From: Sphagnum compactum
Lineage: Eukaryota
Length of the DNA stretch: 64,000 bases
Direction: 5' to 3'
Assembly: GCA_965153455.1 (NCBI GenBank)
Contig: OZ234493.1
Location: 7,616,213 to 7,680,212, forward strand
Shown here one piece after another: positions 28,783-41,315 of the stretch; position 1 is the stretch's first letter; the number at the start of each line of letters is the position of its first letter. The notes under the pieces are model-generated. The model saw only the letters and a list, made by a program, of their open reading frames with translations, made no database searches and was not told where the DNA came from. Position numbers and translations under genes: made by a program.

Positions 28783-31488
28783 TTGATCTTGAGATGAATT
28801 GGAACATAAGTAGAGATGCACCCTTATCAAACTCAACCCGAGTGAGTGACTTACCAAGTCCTGTACTCGTAGGGTGCAATTTAGCTTCCATTTCATTGCT
28901 ATGGCTCATCACTATCATGCCTAGAGGAACCTGGGCAAACTCACTCACTCACTCACTCCGAGGGAGGGAGAATAATGCACTGTTTTCTAGTACAACCCAA
29001 AAACCAAAACAAAAAAAACAAAAAAAAGTAGTCCACAACAAGAAGGAGGGGCTTTTACCTAAACCCAAAGAAATCAAAGGGAGAGAGAGAGAGAGGTGTT
29101 TAACCTCTTGAGGGCTCTAACTAAGGTACAACCCTAAAAGAAATTATTTAAAAAAAGAAGAAAACCACAAATCCCTAGGATGAACCCTAGAAACCCAATT
29201 AGGCATTGAAGTAGGGTTTACAAACCCCAAGAATCCAACCCCCATGGACGACCCCACCCCTCCCCAAATCCCCAAAAACCTCCTTTTTTTCTCTCATTCA
29301 TAATAATATGTGCAAAATCGGCACCCCACTCCCAATGCATCATTCATTCATTCATTCACTCATTCATTCACAATTCTTCTCTCATTACCCAAAATCTGGT
29401 CTTCTTGGAGCCCAAGCCCAAGCCAAAGCCTTTGCTGTGAGAGCTTCTTCAAGGCTCCTTGGTGGTGGTGGTGGTGGTGGTTGTTGTTGTTGTTGTAGTT
29501 GTTGTAGTTGTTGTTGTTGCATGCATGCATGAGTGAGCGCGAGCAAACTTGCAGGCCATGGAAGGATCATGGTATGTACATATATGATCTGTGACATTCG
29601 TGAAGACTAACTGATGATCATGTACGCAAGTGTAACTTCTGATCCTGTGCAGAGGAGGAAGAGTCCTCCACCAGCAGCAGCAGCAGCAGGAGGAGGAGTA
29701 GGAGGAGGAGGAGGAGGAGGAGGCTGAACTTACTTTGTGTTTATGTTTTGTGTAGATTTGAAGTTTGGGTCATGAATCTCAAGGTTTCCTCAAGTATGCT
29801 TTACTAAGATGGGGTGTTTTTTTTGGGTAAACTCTTTTGGGTGGGTGGTTGTTCCTGCTGGTTGTCACGGATGGAATCATCATGTGTGTGCTTTTAGACT
29901 TGTTGGAGGAGTCTGCAGGGCCAGTGTGCAGTCGTCTACTGGGTATGTGAGAAATTGGTTGATTGATTGGGCCTCGTGTCTTGCAATGGCAGTTCTGAGG
30001 ATTTGGGTTTTTGTGTAGACTCATGCAGGTGGTTCAATTCATGTCATGTGGGAATTGGGGAGTGGGGGTTGGCTGTCTAATGTAGAGGAATTTTTTTTCT
30101 CTTGTGGTTTCTTTGTCGAGGAGGAGGAGGAGGAGGATCATGCGTGTGACATTTGATTACATGATCTTGATGAGATCTTGAGCCCCCGGCTTTAGTAGGA
30201 GCAAGTCTGGCTGTTCTTGTTGTTGTTGGTTTTGAAGTCTGGCTGGCTGGCTGGTGTGCAATGGTATATGGTCTCTACTATAGGGCTTGTTGGTTTGATG
30301 CAGAAGCCTGCTGGTTCTAGTCTCCAGGGTCATGGAGAGTTACAGTGTAAGGTGTGAAGAAGCTGTAACTATTACAGTCGTAATGTATTGTCATGAACTT
30401 AGGTTCCAAGCATGAACACTTCAATCCAGCTTGTTTCTGGTAGTCTGTAGTTCTGCAAGTTCGCCTTGCTGCAATGGGTTGAAACTTGATGAGAGAAGTT
30501 GAACAATGTGAATTGCGTTTTGGGGGCTCATTCTGTTTGTGGGTTCGTGACCAAATTGTCATGAAGAACTTTGCTCAGGATTTTCCGGAAGTCTCTTGCA
30601 AGCACATGCATTGGAAACTGATACCCATCACACACTCTCAACTAAGAACCTAGCTTCTTCACTGGGAAGTCCTTTTTCTTCTTCTTCTCCTGGAAGGGTT
30701 TTTCGAGGAGCCTCTTATAGGGTTCCAGGAATAACATCTGAACCAGAAAAAGGACGGTCAAGTTTGGAGGATGAGATCAAGCACGTACGTTGAATACAAT
30801 ACATGATGCACCGGGTTGATGATCAGAGAACTAAATGAGAATTGTGATTCACTGACGCTGTTTCTTGAGACACCCATGAAGCTGATCACAAGCCTAAAGG
30901 CTTGTTCTTCAAGGGTCCTCACAAATGCTTTGTAGACAGACCCTTCAATGAAATGGAGAAGACTCGTCTAAGGGATTTGATGAGGAGGTGCTGTCGTCAC
31001 ATGGGTCCGTGCATTTGTTCCAGTATTTTGCTGTTGCTTGCTCCAGACTGAACTTGCTTGCATTGCTGTTTGATACAGAGATGGGGCTTGCAACTGCAAG
31101 TTTGCATCATGAAGACGAGTGTAGGTTTGAACAAGTTTTGGTTCTTGAAGGTTTGGACCACATTTGGTTCCTGCAGGTTTTAGTGCTCTGGAGTTAGATA
31201 CTGAAATGCAAACTTTTCAGGAGCTCAAGTGATCATGCCAATCTTGGGGCATTGTGAATTGGGTTTGTGAGCTTCATGGTGATCTCGAGCTGGAGCTTTT
31301 GTTTGTATGCATGTTTGGCAGCTTATTGTTTCCAAGAGCTCTCCTTTGCAAGAATGCGGAAAAAAGAACAGGAACAACAGACAAGGCCTGCAACAGGAAG
31401 TGCATGCATGATGATGATTCTGTGGGTGTTGTGTTCTGCATGGTGATGCAGGTCACATTCGGTCAGAGGGTGGAGCAATAGCAGCTTG

Positions 31489-33552
31489 ATGGGAGGACCG
31501 GATTCCAGTTGCAGCATGAGTTCTCTCTTCTTCGGCCAAGACTCAATATTGCCTGCAGGAGACAGCTGCTGCAAGCCAAAGAGTTGCGCTTACGGCGCCG
31601 GGCGATTCCAACGGCCAGACCAAGTGTTGCTGGGAGGAGGAGGCTTCGAGTTGGCGATGTCCAAGGCAGACCAGTTGCAGCAGCTGGAAACGACGACGTC
31701 GAGAGCGCGGCGGGGGCTCGTACTAGATAGTCTGCTGCTGCGCTCCAGCTGCAGTAGCAGCATGGTAGACTCGAGCAGTGAAATCGTGACGGCGGCGGAC
31801 GATCAAGACGTCGGTCTGACATGCAGTGCGAGCAGCGAGCAGATCAACATGAGGAGGAACCATCTTATGATGCCTGCACATGCTAGCTCGGGAACTGCTG
31901 CATCGTGTCTTCAGCAGCAGCTAAGATCGGACAGCAGCAGCAGTGGCGCCAGGCTACAGTTCTGCTGCATCGAGAGCCCTGCCGGTCCTCTTTCCCGCGG
32001 GGAAAATGAGGAGGAGTCTCAGCTTCAAGGGTCGGAGCCTAGTTTCTTCAACGCAAACTCAGTCTCAGCTTGTGGGGAGCTGCAGGGCTCCTTCATGACA
32101 ATGGGTCTGAAGAAAGAAACGTGGATGGATTTGCGGTTGCACGAGGAAAAACCGTTTGTCTTCCAAGAACACTCGCCGGCCTACGCGGGAGCTGTTCCGT
32201 CTTCGCTAGAGGCTGGCGGCTCGTACCTGAATCCTCAGGCTCCAGGACACGCCGCAATAACACCGACTGCTGCCATTCTTCCTGGATTCGCTGCAACACA
32301 ATCCGCACCTCTTCCCAGCAGCTTTGCAGCAGCTCCTGGAGCTGTTCTATCCCATGAGGTGGAGCTGCTGCAAGGCGAGTCCCGCATTCATAACTTGCGA
32401 AACAAGATGGCGAGTAGTATGAGGGCAATCCTGTTTCGGGCTTCGTTGCCAATGCCGACTGCCGCGGAGATCGAGAGCTCCAGACCCAAACGACGGAATG
32501 TGCGAATCTCCAAGGACCCACAAAGCGTTGCAGCCCGGCACAGGCGCGAGAGAATCAGTGACCGCATCCGTGTGCTGCAGAGGCTAGTCCCGGGCGGCAC
32601 AAAGATGGACACTGCCTCCATGCTCGACGAAGCCATCCACTATGTCAAGTTCCTCAAGCTTCAATTGCAGGTCAGTCTCAGAGGGACCTTCAGAGGACTC
32701 TGAATTCCTGAGGAGCTTTCCACTTGCACTAGAGACAAACCCAATTGCTCACATTCTGCTGTTCTGGACAAGAACCCACTGCAAACAAATCTTGTGAAGC
32801 TATTACAGAAGATGATGATGATACTGACATGATCATCCTTGTGAGAAATTCTATTTCAGCTGCAAGAAACCAACAGCTATGCTGACAGCCAGAAAAAGAC
32901 ATGTAATCTTCAAGCAACATGATGATCACATGTGATCTTCATAATTGTTCTACTTGAATCATCATGTAGAGCTGCAAGCAAATCACAGACAGTTTTGGGC
33001 TTGTGTCTAGATTACTAAGTACACCATCTCTTGGGGTTGACATGTATGTATGTGTAAAGCATTCACTGTGGTAATTTTCTTCACTCCCCTGCTGAGCTTT
33101 GATTTTGATCCTGTAGATGCTTAGACTGTGGAGCCTGGGTTTATGTGCAGACACTGGAGCAACTTGGGAATCATGATGGGTCAATGTGTGATCCTGCAAC
33201 AATATTGTACAATGGAGAGCTTGCAATGGGTGTAGAGAGTCCTAATACTCTTGCTGCTGCTGCTGCTGCAGCTCCAATGCGAGCATTTGACTTGAACTGC
33301 ACAGTGCATAATCAGTTCAATTCATCATGTGAAACTGCTGCAGTAGTAGCTGCAGCTGGTGGTGCAGCACCTGGGTCTGTGATAGTAACTGCTGGGTCAC
33401 TTTCCAGTGGTCAATCTCTGGATGCCTCTTGCATCAGCTCTGGAGTGCACTGGCCTACTGCCCTGAGTTCTGTTTCCAATCTAGTACCTTTTGGAGGCAC
33501 TAGTGGAGGAGGTCAATTTCCTGACCCTCTGCAAGAGCAGTTTTGTCACTGA
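31489..33552 (+). CDS. bHLH transcription factor, subfamily VIIIb (HECATE/INDEHISCENT-like), about 527 aa
   Basis: Exon 31489-32670 ends ...TTGCAG|GTCAGT; exon 33151-33552 starts TGTGCAG|ACA; both junctions are phase 0. Encodes [66 protein letters not shown], the HEC/IND-type bHLH, preceded by a HEC-domain-like [13 protein letters not shown]. The start codon is uncertain because the frame stays open back to an acceptor at 31451. Confidence 0.9.
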
Positions 33553-35495
33553 AATCTCAATGATTCTTTTTTCAAGTTTGGAATGCCAAGCAAGTTATTA
33601 CAGTACCCATCAGGGTCATCTCAGCCAATCTTCTCCAAGAGGTGAGAAATCTGGAAGGTGAGCCAGCAGATGGGTGGCTTTCTCAAACTGCGATGTGTAC
33701 AGTTTCTTTGAGCATTTTGTTTTGTGAGCTACACAATGAATGATGTGCTGCTATCCATTTCTGCTGCAAAAGGTAGACTGCCCGGAAGTTGACAGTCCAA
33801 GAGCTTGTTACAACAGTACATGGATCTGGCAGCTGTGACTTGGTTGATGGAAGGAAATAATGACTGAGGAGGGAACTTTGGTATTCATTTACTTTGCTAA
33901 GCTCATACCTGAGGATTCTTGCATCTACCGGGAAGCAAGCAGCATGTTTTCCAGTTACATTTTCTGAATCCTGCTCCCTGGTTCTCTCTGCTGCTATTTC
34001 TGCCAAGGAAGATGACTTGGGTCATGACTTCTTGGGAGGGTCTTGATGATACAGGGATGATGAGCCTTCTCTAAGATTGTTTAACATTTGGCTTCAGCTT
34101 AGTATAATTCATAAAAGCTCTCTCTGTGTAACAGAGGCATTTGATCAGGAGCATGCTGACCGGCTGTGTAAAAAGTTGAGAGATGGTCATTGATCTTCAA
34201 GAATCATGTAGGTAGGTAGGTAGGTGTCTCTCCTTGTGTACAGACTTTAATTAAGGCACATATATAAATCTAGATGACAGCTTCAAAACTTGGGTTGTTG
34301 AGCAGGAGTGTAGAAATGTGGATGTGGCACCAGAGTATTAAGAAAACCTATAGCTTGAACCGTCTACTTAAAAGCTTTTAATGGACAATGTGATAGGTAG
34401 TATAATCATGTACTATGGCTTGATTTACGAATCTGGCCAATAAGGTGGCAACAAAGTGTGGTATACTTTATGAGCTTTTCTGCAAGTATATGTGCAATTG
34501 AGCACATATCTGTTGAACTTATGAATGCTGTCTCATTTTGAGCTTCTCTTTCACCTGTACATGTTTTTATATGTGAAGAGCTCCCAGTCCACTTTTCTCT
34601 GTGACACAAGGACATTGCATTGAAGAGCTGATGATTCCTGGCAATCCATGTCTCTTTCAACATTCTAGACACCGGCTCATACTCAAGCATCTTGTTCATG
34701 CTCATTCTCATGTTTAGTTTTGACCCTAATTATCAGACTCAAACATCAGTGCACAGTGGCTACAAAATGTGATCAGACTCCAAACTGACAAATAGGTGAA
34801 CCAAAAGCCCACTGTAGATTAGAAGTCGTGCAGTTGTGGCCCCTTGTGTTGGCCTCTAGTGCCACAATAAAGAGTAAGGCTCTTGAGGACAAGAGGAGAG
34901 GACTCGGTGTCACAAAAAAACCTTGCAAAAAGCAACCCAACTTCTCTGCAGTATGCAGTAATTATCACCCATGTCAAATACAGTAAATAGACTGTTGGAA
35001 ACATGTCAGTGACACTGATCAATTAATGCATCTTTTCTTGTCTCTCAACCAGGTCAGGTTAATGTTGAAGACATTATGCTCTCATTCTAAGGAACATGCA
35101 GTAGCAGAAATCTATTCTGAATTTGCATTGAAAGTATATTTGAGTAAATCATGAATCAGCTGTCTATCATTGTACTCTTCACACTTACTCTGAGTGCAGT
35201 CTCTGAGCATGGCAAAAAGAAAGCAACTTCCCAGCAAGCAGTATTCTCTAGGCATCATCACTGCAAGCTGGGACCAAGATGCTGTGCTGCATAAGTATAA
35301 CCCCCAGAGCTTCAGTTTCAGTAAGCTTCTAGCAACCAATGTTGTTGAAATGGTTCATTGAACAACCACCAACCATAATCGCTGGCCAATCACACTAGAT
35401 GATGGACAATCCTAGATGGACAAATGGCTTCTGCGCTAATCCTTTGCTACTTTATAGACATATATTGAAGGGAACTGAAACGGGACCTGAGAGGA

Positions 35496-38400
35496 TTAGT
35501 ACATCCCCTTGAAAACAGGATTGAGCCGGCAAATACTGGACCCATATTCCTCATATTCTGCCTTTGTGTGACATGCCTGGAATACAGAAAACACAATAGT
35601 GAGTGTCCCTATGACTAGCATAAAGCGTGAACATCAAACTGCGTGAGGGGGTACTACAAAGAATGATCTATGAATTACACAGCAGTGGAATTTGACGGTG
35701 AGGTCAACCTAGAATAAGGTATGTGCATCAATTTGAGCCTGATGACCTATGAACAAACCTAACCTGGACTGCCCCTTTTTTCTGTTAGTTTTTTGCATGC
35801 TAGTATGCATCTTGGACTAGCCTAAGCATAAGATCTTCCTCAATAAGAACTTCATCATGTGTTTGGTTGTGGTCCCAGCTACAGAAAATGGATGACATGA
35901 TGGAGGAGGCAGTACATTGTAGAAGTCTGGTGTGGAGGCAAGAAGCGATCCTCCAAACCAAACAGCAAACCGTTGCATGGGATGGCCCACCACATTCACC
36001 TCAACTGCCTGCGACTATTAAATCACCACATGAAATACTTTTGTCAGTAAGCCGAACTGTAAAAGCTCTTCAGAGAAAACTTATCAATCTTCTGTCACAT
36101 AATGTCAAAGTCTGTCTTCAACATGTTATGCATACACATTTGAAATCCATAGAAAAATCTGAAATTAGCCCACAGATGGAAGAATTGAGACACATATGTT
36201 GCAGGATATATCTCTAGTGACAATATGGATGCACATAGATGAAGATCATTTCACAGGTGTTTGATGAGTGAAGGATCAACCCAAAATGAATTTTTATTGT
36301 AGGAAACAAGTTTCTTCAATAGCAGATTTTCAGTGCTGCATGAGGTGCATTCAGAAAATAGATCACAAAAGGTCAAAAGACAACCTACTTTCAGATCTCC
36401 ACCACTCCTGGTCTCTGAAGCCAAAGACCGTGCATCTACAAGCTTCTTGATGTCACGCTGTAGTCTCCTCTGGAAGTCTTTGAACATGGTAGAACCTCCG
36501 GAAAGCACAATGTTCTGAAGAAAAACCATGTGACCAACTTTCTTACAGAATTTACATTATTGCAAGTAGCAACAGTTAAAAGAAAAAGACAAACTCAGAG
36601 AGGCACTGCAAATAAAAGCATACAGTTCATGCAGACATCAATGTGACACAGTGGAACATCGTAGCAGTTTATGGTCTAAATTTGGTCAGTGGATTACCAT
36701 TGGTCTAATCAACTTTCTGTTAGACCATAAGTCATGGAAAAGAAAGTTGCATTGTGTTCTCAGATGACAATGTATCCAACTACATAAAGATGGAGACTGG
36801 ACCTTGTAAAGGGCACGTCGTGTATCAATAGGTGCAGACTGAATGCACTTGTCAACCACCTCCGGCAGTGGTACTGTGAAGTCACTGCTGTAAATCTCAG
36901 GTGAGAAAAACACCTGTGCATCCATTGTGGACAAATATCACCTACATAAATATGAAGCATCACAACTATGGCCAATTGTATGGCCTACACGATAAGTGGA
37001 TTTCTTTCTGATGGGGTGTAAGGATCTTAAGCAGCAACACTGCCCAGGTTTTCTGAATCCTGCAATATTTGCATATGGTCTACACAAGAGGCTTTACATA
37101 AGCAGTGTTCTAACCAGATGCTTGAAGGTGAAGAGGCTGAACCTCAGGAGCAAGAAACCGTTCATATCCAACATCGCAAGAAAATGGAGCTCCTGTTTTT
37201 GAGTTGAAGCCTGTCCATTGCTTGATGTATTTGGAGGGCTCCTTATCATGCTTCCCAAACTCCTGCAACCAGACCATCACACAGCTACCTCTCATGGCTA
37301 AGACAAGAGATGGAATTCACAACCTCTCTAGTAAACTCAAAACAGCTGAAGTCAGCCAACAACTGTCAATGCTACAAAAACAGAGAAAGCAGTTACACAG
37401 TTTTCCAACACAAATGGGCCTCAACTATCACTCTGAACTAGAACTCTGGAACCCTCACCAGAAAGTGTTGGGAGAGAGAGTCACATTTAATTGTAACAAC
37501 ACACAAATGACAGTTTGAAGTATTTTTCCATAAAAAACTCAGGGATAAATAATTGATGGAGTAGCAATGTACTCAGATGAAGCAGGAGGGGGATGCTGTG
37601 TACCTTAACAATGTCTGCACAAGTGTAGCAGTAAGCCTCTTTCACCCTCCTTGCAACATCCAAAGAATCTTCTGGTGGGACACGCTCTCCTCGTTCCTGA
37701 AGGCCAGATTTGCATTAAAAACCCTAAACCCAAAACTGAGTTTGGATCATGTTCTCAAACACAAGTGAGACACAGTGTTCCAGCAACATGAAACATACTA
37801 TCTTAGCTCCAGTTAGCAAACCAACCAAGAAGGCTTTAATGACAAAACCAATTTCCAACCTAGACTACCAGCATGATCCAGAGCACAGCCCTGGAAGGAT
37901 CCACATGCAAGAGTTGAACAATGTTGTACCTTAATAGTGACACTCCATCCGACCCAGCTTGCTTTGAACACAGATGTGCAAGTGCAGAGATAAAATTGAC
38001 TGAAAAGGGAGGTTGGAAAATACCCGCATAAGCTGCTGGACAAAGATGGAGAGGTCACGGCCTGCAACAGGAATTGACTTTATGCTGCTGCCAATCACAT
38101 AGCCATCCGCAACTGGAACAACATGTGTCATGCCATCCCCAGCATCCACCACCACCCCTGTCATTTCCAACTGCATTCAAACTCCCCGCCCCACCCAAAC
38201 CAGATAAACAACATATAACACCAACAAATACTTGCAAACTGTTGTAAGAAAACCTGACTCAGGTGTCTGTGACAGAGAGTGCAATGTACCTTAGAAGTTG
38301 TGTAACCTGCAGCAAGGGCCAAAACAGCTTGTGTTGCTATGTAGAGACCTGGCACATTGAAGGTCTCAAACATAATCTCTCCCATGTATTCCCTATTCTC

Positions 38401-39498
38401 TGGTGCTGTGAGGGGGCTCTCAGTGAGAAGAAAGTAGTGATCCTCTGGATCGCATCGCAGGTAATTAAATATGCATTGCTGCCAAAATCGCTCCATTGTA
38501 TCCCAATTCTCAATCTGCAAAGCTCAAACTAGCATCAAGTCCAACACCTAAAAGTGTTTGGATTCCATAGCATATTTAGATGCCAAAATAATATGACTGA
38601 CCATAAACAAGCAGGAATGTGTCCTTCACCTCTCGCAAGTACAGAAGGTCAAGTTTAATGGATTGAAATATTGTAGAGCAAGTTCAATTTCAGTACCTGA
38701 CCATGTCGGATTGGGTAGCTCAAAGTATAAGCATTTGCATGTGTGCGTGCTAGAGCTTCTTCACCAATGAAGAAATCAAGGTCAGCCATTACACCGGCAC
38801 TATGGAAGGCGGACAGTCCTCCTTTTGATTGGTTGGCTGTTTGTCCAAGAAATGATTCGTTCACTGCAACCACAGTTGGGACAATGAAGCATGGCTCCAC
38901 ATTTCCTGCAAACCCCATTTTTGTGTACCTAGCAAAAGGCCCCAAAGCATGAGTCAACAACAACAGGAGGCAGATCCTTCAATTACATTCAAAAGAATTC
39001 ATCAAAGGTTTCCACAGTCTTCCGAAAGCAAGATGCATTGGTGCAGGTTAATATCATTTTCCAATTTCATGCTTTCTTGACCTATCTCCCAAAACCTCAT
39101 GTCACGAAGAGATCATCACTCCACAAGCCACAATGACAAGCAAAACGACGAAAAACAACGAAACGAATATCTAGTCGTATACTGAAAACCTATTCTTCTT
39201 CACCCTGTGCAAAACACAGACATCAGGCGGCAACGGATTCTGCAACAAAGCAGCAGAAAGACGGCAAGTCGGCCCTCCACAGCTATATCCTTCTTCGATC
39301 AGGTACAATCCACTTCAAAAAAGAGCAAATCCAGCGACCCGGAAATCTTCATAACTTTTAGCAAGTATGTAGGGAAGAAAAGAAAAGAAAAACAAACACA
39401 GAGACAGAGAGAAACACAGAGACAAAAAGCATACAGAAAGAAGGAAAGTACCCTGTGCCATTGTCGATGACCACAGCAGGGCGGCCAGCGGCATCCAT
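35496..39498 (-). CDS. ARP3: Actin-related protein 3 (Arp2/3 complex subunit), 426 aa
   Basis: Ten GT-AG exons assembled by hand: 39498-39452, 38928-38697, 38514-38290, 38170-38024, 37696-37604, 37262-37143, 36913-36803, 36514-36389, 36014-35916, 35576-35496. Total 1281 nt, phases consistent, no internal stop. Protein reads [30 protein letters not shown]...[10 protein letters not shown]...[16 protein letters not shown]...[14 protein letters not shown]...[11 protein letters not shown]...[11 protein letters not shown]...NPVFKGMY*, typical of plant ARP3. Confidence 0.96.
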
Positions 39499-39744
39499 GG
39501 CAACAACAACAACAGCAATGACACCTGCCGCAATCCAAGACAGTGAAAGAAACCCAACTCTAGCAAAACACCAAGATTTAGTTTCGCATTCGATGTCGCT
39601 TCTCTTGCAGCGAGCCAGCAAGCCAGCGAGCAACAGACAGCAGTCGTGCAAGCTCTTGAGGGGCAGCTCCGGAACGCCTACCTAGCTAGAAGCCTTATCG
39701 CCAAAAAGGGAAATAATAAATTATAAATTCGAGAAATTAGTGTT

Positions 39745-39930
39745 TCTGGAGGTTTTCAGTCGCCAGAAGTGAGGGAAAAAGAAAAAAAAACCGCCAGATT
39801 CATACATGTAGTGTCCATTGTGTAGCCAAACATTATAAAAGGGTCGGTAAATATTTGTACTTTATTTCTGGTGTGTAGCCAGATTTGACTAAATCTTCCT
39901 AGGGATGATCGCCATTCTGGCTACAAACAG
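39745..39930 (+). repeat. Dispersed repeat family B (also ~58368-58502; related inverted copy ~8990-9170)
   Basis: Shared GGAGGTTTTCA..C.CCAGAAGTGAGGGAAA...TAGCCAAACAT...AAATATTTG.ACTTTATTT.TGGT...TAGC.AGATTTGACTAAA. Confidence 0.8.
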
Positions 39931-40027
39931 AATTTTCTTTTATTAAAAAAACACGGCAACCCAGTTTCTAGCTTTGATACCCGCCCAAATATGAGCTCTG
40001 CACCGGTTTCATATCCGTCTCAATATA

Positions 40028-40197
40028 TATGTGTGATTAGTATGGTTAATTTATATGTGTCATATGTGTGTGATTAGGATGGTTAATTGTATGTGTCACA
40101 TGTGTGTGTGGTTAGGATGGTTAATTGTATGTGTCACATGTGTGTGTGGCTAGGATGGTTAATTATATGTGTCACATGTGTGTGATTAGCATGGTTT
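40028..40197. repeat. 36-38-bp minisatellite, about 4.5 copies
   Basis: The ATGGTT core recurs at 40042, 40079, 40117, 40155 and 40191. Unit is roughly GATGGTTAATTGTATGTGTCACATGTGTGTGTGGTTAG. Confidence 0.9.
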
Positions 40198-41315
40198 ATC
40201 ATATGGATGTGATGAACATAGTTCACCATATGGGACGTATATGTTTATGAAACATGGTTATTATTCTTAGCATGTGTGGCAATGATGAACATGGCTAATC
40301 ATCACATTCGAGCTAACCCTCGTTTATTGCTAGATATTAGGGTGTTCGCAGGTTGATCTTTTGATAATTCCAGCACAAGAATTGGTTGTTTCAATCAGCA
40401 ATTATCTCAAATGTCCAGTTGGTTGTATATATGATTGGATTGATTATTGAATCATCTCCTCTAAAGTAAAGTTTTAAACCATCTATGATTCAAAAGTCCT
40501 TATGAACACCTTCTCACCCTTGAGGGTGAAAGGATTTTAGTGAGAATTTATCTAAGGAGGAAGGTTGTTTGTTGGCCTTGCCTACCAAAGGCAATTAGGA
40601 TATTGTGTTTAGATTCATTATAGAGTATGGTAGATTAATGGATTTTGGCCCCTAGGTAATAGGTCTAAACATGAGATACTCATGAGATAAAGCAAGGTTT
40701 GCATCTAAATTAAGATGGACACATAAGAATTCCCAAAAGCTTTGTAATTTAAGCACCTTAATCTCCTGAATCCAGCATTTGGATAAGTGATTAACCACGC
40801 CTCTTAAGTCCCAATATTGTAAAAAAAATAGGCATAGCATCAATATTGTCAAAAAAAAAGTCACCCAATCACACAACTTCAACTAGTTTTTTTTACCACA
40901 TTCTGCCACTCCTTATGCAAACCAAGAGAACCAATACAGTATAACATCTAGTGTGCAATAAATTAGCTGTTCTTGAATCAAACACATAGACTATGTTAGA
41001 ATATTGAAGACCTGCAATTGATCAATTCTTGACCGGAACAAAAACCCACAGAAACAGCAAAACTACTCTTCCTCATCACTGGAGTATAGTCACTAAGAAA
41101 ACACAGCATTGTCACATAATTGAACTCATTTCTATACCCTCTGATGAAACCTACAAGTTGAGTCCCCATAATAAGGTAAGTCTTCAAAATAACTATAGCT
41201 GACTGGTTAGACCAGTATTGGTCAGGAGTTGGAACTAAAGGTTTTAAACAGAGCACATAGAACCCCAAAATTGAAAGCAAATTGCAACCCTCACAACAAG
41301 ACAAACTGGCCACAA

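Noticed and set aside
31274..32636. Overlapping antisense and alternate-frame ORFs in the bHLH exon, and + strand ORFs over ARP3 and eEF2
   Set aside because: Shadow ORFs of real coding sequence with no recognisable domains.
33078..33099. miR390/TAS3-like target site (CCCTGCTGAGCTT)
   Set aside because: Partial match only, located inside an intron, with no second site.
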